Shown: positions 9,616-18,928 of the stretch, in pieces | Layout: the number at the start of each line of letters is the position of its first letter | Numbering within the stretch: the first letter of the stretch is position 1 | Assembly (NCBI GenBank): GCA_002256025.1 | Contig: NKIB01012640.1 | Span: 53,776-73,775, forward strand | Direction of reading: 5' to 3' | DNA from: Asterionella formosa | Lineage: Eukaryota | Length of the DNA stretch: 20,000 nt | The notes under the pieces: model-generated | The model's database searches: none | Seen by the model: the letters and a program-made list of their open reading frames with translations, nothing else | Told to the model about the DNA's origin: nothing | Position numbers and translations under genes: made by a program

Positions 9616-10065
9616 TACCAGGTATCAACAGCCACCTATATGCAATGAACCAGGCCGAATGTTAATTTTTGACTCCCATGGCGACTTCACTGCCGCGCCT
9701 CCAATTTGATGACAGGAGTCGCCACATTGATTTCTTAATTTGGAACAATCACAACCAAACAGGACTTTCTGATGCGAAAAGCTTCAAGAATGTCTAAATT
9801 CCCTCTACTTCAATTGACATTACTGGGAGTTGCCAGCTTAGAATAATTCGGTGTGGATGCGAACGCGAATTCTTTCTATGCTTGTCGGGGTTCGCATATT
9901 CTCACAGCAAATAGTATGGAAGGCATGGTATTCGCTCCCACTACTGGTACCTGGACACCTTGCGAATTCCTCATTTGATTCCCTGATTTGCTTAGCAATC
10001 ACAATTTGGGGAACACAAAATTCTCTCCTGCTATTATCGACTTGTTACTTCTCACAACCAACATC

Positions 10066-10293
10066 ATGTTTTCTCGCTCTACTAAAATCCTCTCTCGCGC
10101 CACTGCCATGAAGCGCACTATGTCCACTTTATACGCCACCAAATCGGCCAAGTCTATTATTGGTATCGGAATCGTTGCTTCCGCTGTGATTCTCATGGCC
10201 CCAAAGGACGAATTCGATGATTTAGATTGTCAATCCCATGTCTGTCAGGAGGTTACGAATCCGGATTGCACTTGTCCTGACTATGGATCTTAA
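10066..10293 (+). CDS. Candidate 75-aa single-pass mitochondrial microprotein with an acidic Cys-rich tail
   Basis: ATG at 10066 in a caaccaacatcATG context. MFSRSTKILSRATAMKRTMSTLY is Arg/Ser/Thr-rich with no acidic residues (presequence-like). It is followed by hydrophobic IIGIGIVASAVILMAP and the tail DEFDDLDCQSHVCQEVTNPDCTCPDYGS. Confidence 0.6.
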   Translation: MFSRSTKILSRATAMKRTMSTLYATKSAKSIIGIGIVASAVILMAPKDEFDDLDCQSHVCQEVTNPDCTCPDYGS

Positions 10294-10872
10294 GTTTTCT
10301 TGAAAGCGTAACTCAATTCCAGATGTGTTGCATCTGGTGTGTCAAAAGCGACGAGCATATACTTCGAGTCCTGTGAATTCAAACTGGACTCTTTTGCCCC
10401 TTTCTCGCACTGGTTTTTCCCCTCCGGTCGAGAAAGATTGCACAGCCGAAAGGGATATAAATAAGTAGTCAACCGGTGCAGTATACATTGAGCATGCGTG
10501 GCAGATGCATATATTGGAAATTAGTGCCAATCATGGATTATCTTGGTTTTCATAATTTTTTATAGAATCTACTATTTCTAGTTCCACCTGAACCCGAAAA
10601 AAGCAAATCGAGGAAAACAACTGGGGAAAACAGCAGCAAGGCGAGAAAAGCTTGAGATAAAATGGTAATTGTTCGCTTAGCAATTACGAGTCAATCAATC
10701 ATGCTCCTCATGATTTCAACATTCAAAGAAACAATGAAAATGAAAAAGTTCGCTAATCCCTCCGAAACAATGCAGTTGCGATGAATACTAACCTTTAATT
10801 GATTGATAGTCAAACAATCTCCCATTATCCTTCAATTTGACGATATTGCTTGTAAAAGTTAAAACAACTTGT

Positions 10873-11709
10873 CTACAACTTAGCAATACCCTCCAATACG
10901 CTCTCCTTGTGGGAAGGACTCACGGCATCCTTGCCATAATAGACATCGCACAAGGCCTCGCAGAACACCTGACTTTGGATACGACCGACTCCACCAGTGG
11001 AATTCTTGTATAGCAATGTGTCGCCTCGAATTGTCATTTCCATTTCAGCGCCCTCTATCAAGTCGACAGGAGGATTGAGTGTTTTGAAGTCATTGAGTCT
11101 ATGAAGAGAAAAGATCAGATTAGAGAAAGATTTCATCATGGCGAAGACCAGACAAGTCCATCGTATAAACGAGCATAAGGGAACATACTTTTCTAGATCC
11201 TGTCCATTCATTCTTGGTTCCAAAGATTCGACAATTGCCGACGTATATTTCTCAATCGACAACGCCCGATTCATCACAATTCGAATTGTACGTGGGTACA
11301 TGGGGTTCAATAGAGCCTTTTCAATGGCATCTCTGCCCTCGCTCTTGATGGCGTTCATGGCGATGGGATCCACATACGTTCCTACCGCATAAACTTTGGC
11401 AACATAGTACTTGACACGGACGCCAGTGCCTACCAATGTCATGGCGTTGCACATTTGGGGAAACAAAATGCCAGTGGATTTTTCTTTGACTGGAGATCCG
11501 ACTCCAATTATGTCGCCGCTGAGTGGCAGCTTGGCATGTAGACAAGTGACATCCTTCACGGATGATGAAGCAGTGAATAGGAGCGCCGCAGATGAGGCAA
11601 CCACGAGATAGGCAGCTTTCGAAGCCTGCTGGGTTGCAGTACGAGCACTGAATGCACGGCGAGACACAGTAGAAAGCTGGCGACGGATAAGAATACGAGA
11701 CGACATCAT
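10873..11709 (-). CDS. Chalcone-isomerase-fold protein (Aim18/Aim46 / fatty-acid-binding-like), probably mitochondrial; 2 exons (11189-11709, 10873-11098), about 248 aa
   Basis: CHI-fold motifs E..TGILFP, LVGTGVRVKYYVAKVYAVGTY and S..FCEALCDVYYGKDAVSP. Presequence-like N-terminus MMSSRILIRRQLSTVSRRAFS followed by a hydrophobic segment. Predicted 90-nt GTATGT...CTAAT...CATAG intron at 11099-11188. Confidence 0.85.
   Translation of the reverse strand: MMSSRILIRRQLSTVSRRAFSARTATQQASKAAYLVVASSAALLFTASSSVKDVTCLHAKLPLSGDIIGVGSPVKEKSTGILFPQMCNAMTLVGTGVRVKYYVAKVYAVGTYVDPIAMNAIKSEGRDAIEKALLNPMYPRTIRIVMNRALSIEKYTSAIVESLEPRMNGQDLEKYVPLCSFIRWTCLVFAMMKSFSNLIFSLHRLNDFKTLNPPVDLIEGAEMEMTIRGDTLLYKNSTGGVGRIQSQVFCEALCDVYYGKDAVSPSHKESVLEGIAKL
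11099..11188 (-). other. Predicted spliceosomal intron (90 nt, in frame, no stop codon)
   Basis: Donor AA|GTATGT, branch-like CTAAT, pyrimidine-rich tract, acceptor CATAG|A. Removal joins ...QDLEK to LNDFK... in frame. Confidence 0.8.
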
Positions 11710-11796
11710 CGTGTCAGTGTTAGCTCAGGTCGAAACGAATCTACTGATGGAATAAAATGGATACTTCGCGGTATTCTGCACCGAACATAATACTAA

Positions 11797-11832
11797 TGGT
11801 ACCTCGTACCGGAACCAGGTACCAGGTACCGT
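11797..11832. repeat. GGTACC/CCWGG motif cluster upstream of the CHI-fold gene
   Basis: tggtacctcgtaccggaaccaggtaccaggtaccg. Confidence 0.75.
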
Positions 11833-13236
11833 TAGTACATCTCCCATGATATCCTAATGATCATGGATGATGCACACGATCTTTAAACGTTTGTTGACAC
11901 CTCGTCGAGCTAAAATTTCTTTTACATATTGCTTACATACATTCGGTGATGTGGTTCATACCAGTACACAGCATGATAGCTCTACATATAGTCTAAGATA
12001 GGTATAGTTTACCCATCAGAAACTACATGACAATGGTGTACCATCAGGTACCAGTACTTCGTCTGTCCAATCACAGTTGCATTGATAAAAAAATCTATTC
12101 AGGACATTCTCACTAATGATTCTTCGCAATGAAGACCAAGCAAGTAAAGTCTGATCAAGTGCTTTCTTACCAACCTTATTGATGGAGGTTCAACAATGAA
12201 CAATTCGACTTGAAAGAAGCTCTTCAGAACCACAAGTTGTGAGGAAAATACTTACTGGATTGCGATTGCCTCAGGAACAATCCATACCTTACACCCTGAT
12301 GCTCTCCAGCTTCCCATTTTTTCGAGCTCCCCAGAAGTCAAACATTTTCCAACCTTCTTAGCTTTTCAGCATGCAAGGATCCATACGGGACTCTGATCCC
12401 AGGTGCATAAAAAATGAGACTGGGAATATCTATGTAGCATAATACATTTTCCATGTGTACCGGTATGTATTATGGTACATGGTTCTTCAATTAAGGATCC
12501 AATGGAGCACCGTACCGCACTCCTTTTGCCTGCCCGACAGTGAAAGTGTATTGGAGTCATCGTTTCTTTGCATTTTGTTGACAGCATTCTGTCTAATATT
12601 ATGTTCCCAACGCTTCAATCAACAGCGGCCAATGGAAGGTGGTCCTTGGATGTTCGTTCTGACTAAACTCCTTGTAACTTTATTCCTTCCTGGCTCGTCA
12701 ATTGTGGGACTGAATAAGTGGCAGCAACATTGATAACTGGACCAAGTCATTGTCCATTACGTTGATGTGATGAAAAGACGATATACCGGTAGTCGATCTT
12801 TCTTCGAAAGCTGTGTCGCCAGTTTCAAAAATGAATCCGCCACTTTGATTATCTCAAGATTCGATCAACGTATACACAGCTACTGCCTCATATTCTTTGA
12901 TGACTATTTTTCTTCTAGTATTCCAGTTTGGAAAAGGTGAACAATTCCCGCTTCAAATTGCCGTTGCAATTCACAGGGGGCAACGACGGCAATTAGTTGA
13001 CTATTGTCATTTTCAAGATGGTTCTCTCGTTCTTATGCATACCTCTACTTGCAAGTATCTGATTCGTACTCAATCCTACGCAAATTCCCCTTGTAACGAT
13101 GAGAAAAGATTTCGAATTTCGAAATGTTCACTTTGATGTGATGATATTCTGATCTGCTCACAAATTTCACTTTCCCTGAAAGCAATAAATCACAACTTCT
13201 TCCATCATCAATCTACCTTCACCCTTTTTATCGACC

Positions 13237-15022
13237 ATGAAGTGAGTTTGCGATCATGAATCGTTGTGACCCGGTTACGATGCATTTTACGTGTTTTTTT
13301 CGAACTCACCTTCACTCATTTTCATTGTACTTTTGCAGATTGTCTCGTTCACTTGCCGCTCTTTGTTTTGCCTTCTATCCTTGTGCGATATTTGCGCATT
13401 ATAAATACGATCCCAAGGGTGCTGTGATTGGAGATTTTACGTCGCTATCGACCTCACAACCAAAGGTTGTCTTCAACTACATTGCCAAGTGCGCGGATGT
13501 CTCATTTGATAATCTGAACCCCTGCCTCGTTTCTGGTTTTCTTGACATCCTCCTGAAGTCTCCTGCCTATTTCAACGTCACCAGCTGCCACGCTCCCCAA
13601 ACTTCATTCGCGGATATCGACGCCATTTTTAGTCTCGTGGCTTACGATTGCCTTGGGCAAGGCCATGCCGTTGGAGGTGACTTTTTGGTCGGTGCTCAGC
13701 AATTCCATAATCTGGTTTCCGAATCTGCTTGCTGGGAAAGCCTCTGTGATAAGTACATCGTTCAATATCTTGAGTCCACGTGGATCAAGACTTGTGCGAA
13801 CGTTCAACTTCCATTCCCATTGCCGGCGGACGAGGACCTCGTGTTTATTTCAGACAGTAACGTCAACCGTGACACAATTTTGACTTGCATGCTTGATTAC
13901 GTAATGGATACCCCTGCCTCTTCTTTTGGTTTAACGGATCCTGCAGCGGGATCCCCTTTAACGTGCTATCCGCCTGGTGTTGACACGTTGGCAGATGATT
14001 GTCACGTGATTGGCGAAATATCATTCGACGAATGCGCTGTCGAGTTCAACGGAGAAGATATGGATATGTTGCTGACAGACATGGTTATCATGTCGTACAA
14101 CTATCGAATTGAGGATCATAGAGATGAAATTGTGTTTAACTTCTGTGGCATCCTCCAAGATCTCAGCACCGAAAGTGCCCGACAGTGCCTCTTGGATCTT
14201 TGCGAGCTTCCAGTGCTACCCACATCAGCACCATCAGGTCGTCCTACCACAGCTCCTCCTGCTACACCTTCCTCAGAACCAGTCGATCCTTCAACCGGCA
14301 CACCAGTTGCATTGCTTTCCCCAACGCAAGCTCCAGTGTTTCCATCTGCACCAGCTCAAATTAGTGTGACTACACAAGCTCCAGTTGTTCAATTTACGCT
14401 ACCTCCAGCCGGTTTGCCCACCCTATCTCCGCAGGTCCAATCTTCGCAAGGTCCAGTCGATTCAAATAATTCAGCCAGCCCGGGACCAATAGCTGCCCCC
14501 ACGACACAAATTACCTTTGCACCAACGCCATCTCCAACGAAACTTCCCACCCTTGCACCAACACCGTCGCCAACGAAGCTACCCAACCTTGCACCAACGT
14601 CTGCCCCAACGATTGCTCCAACAAAGCATCCCAGCCTCAGTCCCACGCTTGCACCAACGAAACAACCCACACTTGCTCCATCGAATCAGCCCACGCCTAA
14701 CCCAACGAAAAACCCCACCTACACCTCTATACCCACACATGAACCAACGAAACGACCCACCTCAAACCCTAGTCCTAGCCCTACGCCTGTCCCAACAAAA
14801 ATCCCTACTTTCCTTCCAAGCGACGCTCCCACCACCACGAGTCTATCACAGGTAAAAAATACAACATCTATCCCTACTTTGGCTCCATCTTCAGCTATCG
14901 GATTGAATTCAATCCTGCCAAGCCATATTCAAAGTGACTATGACATCGCTGCCTCCTCTGCTCCTGTCGTGTTTCATGCTGTGTTGATCAGTACACTAGT
15001 TTCTCTTTCTTGTCTTTTGTAA
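13237..15022 (+). CDS. Secreted or cell-surface protein: signal peptide, Cys-rich domain, Pro/Thr/Ser (PT-repeat) stalk and hydrophobic GPI-like C-terminus; 2 exons (13237-13241, 13339-15022), about 562 aa
   Basis: accATG AA|GTGAGT ... ACTCAC ... TTTTGCAG|A defines a 97-nt intron (13242-13338). Splicing gives the signal peptide MKLSRSLAALCFAFYPCAIFA. There are many xPT/xPS tetrapeptide repeats, and the C-terminus is ASSAPVVFHAVLISTLVSLSCLL. Confidence 0.82.
14510..14835 (+). repeat. Coding PT-repeat array (12-nt period) within the surface protein
   Basis: APTPSPTKLPTLAPTPSPTKLPNLAPTSAPTIAPTKHPSLSPTLAPTKQPTLAPSNQPT..., with recurring cttgcaccaac at the DNA level. Confidence 0.85.
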
Positions 15023-15237
15023 GTGGGATCCTCACAAGAGAGCCTATGTTTCTCAAATTGAGTACTTTTCAATAAAATTGTAATCCTTGTCAAAGTTGAT
15101 TGCCATCACGCTTTTTAGAAACTTGTTCAAGCAATTGTCGCCGGATTTGCCATAATGTACAGTACGTAGCTAGGTCCCCCTTCCTGCTCATCAAAATGAT
15201 GCATGAAAACAGCATTACCAGGTACTGGTGCTGCATA

Positions 15238-15891
15238 CCGTATACTTCATTGTCCTGGACCCCCCCCTATGGTTGCTGGACCCCCCTGTTCATTTTTCTC
15301 GAGGTGGAACCAAACACCCAATATTTTTCTTGTCATAGACAAAGAAGTAACGTGCTATATTTCTTTTTGTCCTCGTAGGCACTACTATAAAATAATTTAG
15401 CTGCCATTTTGCGATTCTTTTGTACATACAAAATACAAGAGACGACAGGTAGTGGCTGTGAGCAGCTGGAGAATCCTTCATGATATGTTGTCGCAACCTT
15501 GACCATGACGAAAATACGAATTATCTCCACGAAAATAGAGAACGACGCTTTGCTACTTGCTACCTGTATTAAGAACGACATGGAAAATACAATCGTAAAA
15601 GAAGTAAAGTAATAACACTAATACTAACAACGAAAATTGAGATCGCCGATAACAAAATGAAGTCGCATTTTTCTTGCGAGGTGAAGAACTCTCATTTTTC
15701 ACAAGACGAAAATAATTGTCATATTAATACATATTAGAAAAATGTGGGCTATCCTGTAGGACTTAAAGCAATTTACTTAGGTCCATTATAAGGGAAATCT
15801 CTTCATTGTCCTGGGCCCCCCCTTAAGTAAAATCAGTCAAATTCAGTCACGGCAGTGTACATTGGGGGGTCCAGGACAATGAAGTATACGG
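15238..15891. mobile_element. 654-bp MITE with perfect 28-bp TIRs and TA target-site duplication (Tc1/mariner-pogo-like)
   Basis: CCGTATACTTCATTGTCCTGGACCCCCC (15238-15265) is the exact reverse complement of GGGGGGTCCAGGACAATGAAGTATACGG (15864-15891). TA flanks at 15236-15237 and 15892-15893. Internal partial copies at about 15276-15286 and 15801-15822. AT-rich, no convincing ORF. Confidence 0.92.
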
Positions 15892-16503
15892 TATTCTGTA
15901 CGACATTTTTTATCTGGAAAAACAAAAAGTACTAGCTCAGGTACGACTGACTGGACTCGAATATTTCTGCACCATTTATTTAGGAAATAGAGAATTACTC
16001 TAAATAATGATACTACATGTATGTACTCCCTCGATTATTCAACAACTAGTAATACCCATAGTCTATATACCGGTATGAAAAACGAATGATATGTGAAATA
16101 TATGTTAATAGATAGCACCAGTGTCATACTGTGGTTAGTAGACGTGGTGACATGATACCAAAGCAAGTTGCGGTAAATGAGAAATTTAGCTTTGTTTTCC
16201 TTATAGTCACTTCCGCCTTTTATTGCAACAACTCGTCGTAAAAGAGTTATGATTATCATTTTAATACTGCCTGATACCAACTGGTATAGAGAGTTATAGC
16301 TATCATTGAAGAAACCGCATGATGTGCGCAGTGATGGGGAACAAAAAATTAATTTTATGTAGTAATCACCACAACGATATCTATCAAATGAGGTCGTCAG
16401 AAACTAAAATAATTTCAAAATATCCGAATTGCCTCCTTGACCTTTAGCCTGTTATATTGTTGTGTCACCGTTACTATAGATACTCAAATCACATCTTTCA
16501 GTC

Positions 16504-18459
16504 ATGTCAGAGCCATGCCGTATGCTTTTCCGATCAAAAGAGGGAATCGAAGTGTTTCGTGTGCCTGGAAAGAAGGACGACAAGGTCGAACGCATTGTCG
16601 ATCGGAAGTTTCTGCTCAGAGGACCGACGACGCTCCAGTGCTATAGTCCCGATGGATCTGCTGTTTATGTTCACCAATCATGTGTTGGGGTGGTAAAGTG
16701 CGCTCTAGATGGATCAGAATCTGTTGTTGCTCCCTTTTTGAACGATTCAAAGGGCATTCAGATGCTTTGTACTTCCACCAAGGGCAATTATCTGCTTACT
16801 TGGGAGCGTCAGTACGGGGATGATCCCAATATGAAGATTTGGGAAGCTTCGACTGGCAAGCTTCTTCATGGGTTTGTTCAGAAGAACCTGAAGCGAGAAG
16901 GTTGGCCCTATGTCAAATGGAGTTTTGATGAGAAGTTTGCTTTTCTGATGACAGCCAATGAAATCAGAGTCTATGAAAGTAGTGCATTTGGAAAGCAAGA
17001 GGAAGTACGCTTCGTCGACAAGATGCGATGTCCAGGAATTACAAGCATGTCTGTTCCTCAAACATCAGAAACAGGACAGTACTTTCTTACAAGCTTTTGT
17101 CCCGGAGATAAAAATAAACCCGCTAAAGGGAATTTGCATAAGTACCCAGTGACCGTTACTTCAAATATGCAATCCTACCCCACTGTTTGTTGCAAGAGCT
17201 TGTTCCAAGCAGAAGAAGCTTCAGTTTATTGGTCTCCGAAAGGTGATGCTGCCTTGATGGCCATGCAAACCAGCATTGATACATCAGGGGAGTCTTACTA
17301 TGGTTCGACGACGCTGTTTTTGATGTCATCGTCGTCTAGCGAACCTGTTTCTGTTCCGCTACCCAGCAACTCAAGTGGTCCAGTCTTGGATGTTTCTTGG
17401 ATGCCTAACCCGAACAAACCACCCTGTTTTGCGGTGATTTCTGGGCGAATGCCAGCCATGGCGTCGTTGCATCACGGCAGTACAGGCGAGGCAATCTTTC
17501 TCTTTGGCAACGCTCATCGCAACACTATTTGCTGGGCGGATCATGGTCGGTTTGTCTGTTTGGCGGGTTTTGGTAATTTAGCTGGTGGAATGACATTTTG
17601 GGATCGTAACAAGCTCAAAGCAATGCCACAATACGACGAAGCCACTGGCTCGCCCATTTTCCCAGAACTCAAAGCCAGTTGCACTGTTGGATATGGATGG
17701 TCTCCAGACTCAAGACTATTTGGCGTGTCCACAACAAGCCCCCGTATGAATGTTGACAATGGAGCGAATCTCTATCGGTACAATGGAGAAGAGCTGTCGA
17801 ATGTGCCTTGGGATAACGGCAACTACAAGCCAGATAGATTATTGCAAATGTCCTTTGTACCTGCACTACCCGATATCTACCCCGACCGCGGCCAGTCACC
17901 TGCACCAAAAATTATAGGAGACGCAACCGCTATTGCAGTGGCGAAGAAGCTCATGACTGAAGCTGCTACCAAACCAGCAGCTCCTACTGCCCAGCGTTAT
18001 GTTCCGCCGTCTGCAAGAGGAAGAACAAATGGTAACAGTCTGGCCGACAGAATTCGGGCAGAAAAGGAAGGCAAGATCGTTGGAGCCACCAAGGTCGAGC
18101 CAAAGAAAGGTGTTCCCGGAGTGTCTGCGATTGCCAAGAAGAACCTACCGGTTGGGATGGTTGCTGAAAATACGAACGAAAAGTCGAAGAACGCGCAGCG
18201 CCGAGAAAAGCAAAAACTGGTCAAGGCCAAAAAGGACGAGGAAGAGGCCAAGCTAAAGGCGGAGCAGGAAGAGGTGCAAAGGGCAGCGAAGGAAGCTGCT
18301 GCCGCAGATCCTGCGAAGATCGCGCGTAAGTTGAAGAAAAATCTGAAACAAATTGACGAGTTGAAGGTGAAGGACCCAACAAGCCTAAATGATGAGCAAA
18401 AACGAAAGGTTGCCTCGGAAGCCGACATCCTAGCTGAGCTGGCGAAGTTAGGTCTATAG
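16504..18459 (+). CDS. EIF2A: Eukaryotic translation initiation factor 2A
   Basis: 651-aa ORF with eIF2A beta-propeller motifs DTSGESYYGSTTLFL, LAGFGNLAG and TTSPRMNVDNG, then YVPPSAR and the C-terminal helical KIARKLKKNLKQIDELK...LNDEQKRKV. Confidence 0.93.
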   Translation: MSEPCRMLFRSKEGIEVFRVPGKKDDKVERIVDRKFLLRGPTTLQCYSPDGSAVYVHQSCVGVVKCALDGSESVVAPFLNDSKGIQMLCTSTKGNYLLTWERQYGDDPNMKIWEASTGKLLHGFVQKNLKREGWPYVKWSFDEKFAFLMTANEIRVYESSAFGKQEEVRFVDKMRCPGITSMSVPQTSETGQYFLTSFCPGDKNKPAKGNLHKYPVTVTSNMQSYPTVCCKSLFQAEEASVYWSPKGDAALMAMQTSIDTSGESYYGSTTLFLMSSSSSEPVSVPLPSNSSGPVLDVSWMPNPNKPPCFAVISGRMPAMASLHHGSTGEAIFLFGNAHRNTICWADHGRFVCLAGFGNLAGGMTFWDRNKLKAMPQYDEATGSPIFPELKASCTVGYGWSPDSRLFGVSTTSPRMNVDNGANLYRYNGEELSNVPWDNGNYKPDRLLQMSFVPALPDIYPDRGQSPAPKIIGDATAIAVAKKLMTEAATKPAAPTAQRYVPPSARGRTNGNSLADRIRAEKEGKIVGATKVEPKKGVPGVSAIAKKNLPVGMVAENTNEKSKNAQRREKQKLVKAKKDEEEAKLKAEQEEVQRAAKEAAAADPAKIARKLKKNLKQIDELKVKDPTSLNDEQKRKVASEADILAELAKLGL

Positions 18460-18928
18460 GTTAAAAAGTCATATTTCATTGTGATGAGGCTTCAAGCGTG
18501 ACTTCACATCAGCTTTGGTGTTTGCTACTTTCGCGGGTCAGATTCTGTCAATTGGCGATGAGCGACGATGACAAAAGCAAGGTTGCAGGAACATAAATAG
18601 TGCTGACGATGAGAGTATGGAAACCATCGGATGACAGAACTTCATGTTGAGAACTAAAGAAATGCTAAAATGCTTGTCTGTCAGCTGGCGTTAGCATTTG
18701 TATTGCAATTTAGGTCGAACGAGCTGAAGTACTCTTGACAAGACTGCTACGGATCAATTTCACTTGCAGTTTTTAGTATTATCTGTAGCTAGACTCATAT
18801 ACTATACTGGTTACACTTGTGGGTGTCACATCTCGTTCCAAGAAACCATTTCAACCAGTGTCCACGCTAAGATCCAATATTTATTAGCTTGTAGAACTTT
18901 ACGTTCGCGGCTTCTTTTGCTTGATTCG

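Noticed and set aside
7200..12300. In-frame TGA codons (at about 7200-7470 and 12129-12300) as selenocysteine or an alternative genetic code
   Set aside because: The contexts are not redox motifs, no SECIS was identified, and the Hv gene uses TGA as a normal stop. CpG decay or chance is simpler.
13256..13338. ORF-track N-terminus MNRCDPVTMHF... of the 588-aa ORF
   Set aside because: It lies within a predicted intron; the spliced version yields a proper signal peptide.
14389..14855. Alternative-frame and antisense ORFs over the PT repeats (VGxxVG pattern)
   Set aside because: By-products of the PT-repeat codons in the sense frame.
17997..18479. 160-aa minus-strand ORF rich in Phe/Ser
   Set aside because: Antisense to the Lys/Glu-rich eIF2A C-terminus; its composition is explained by the sense strand.
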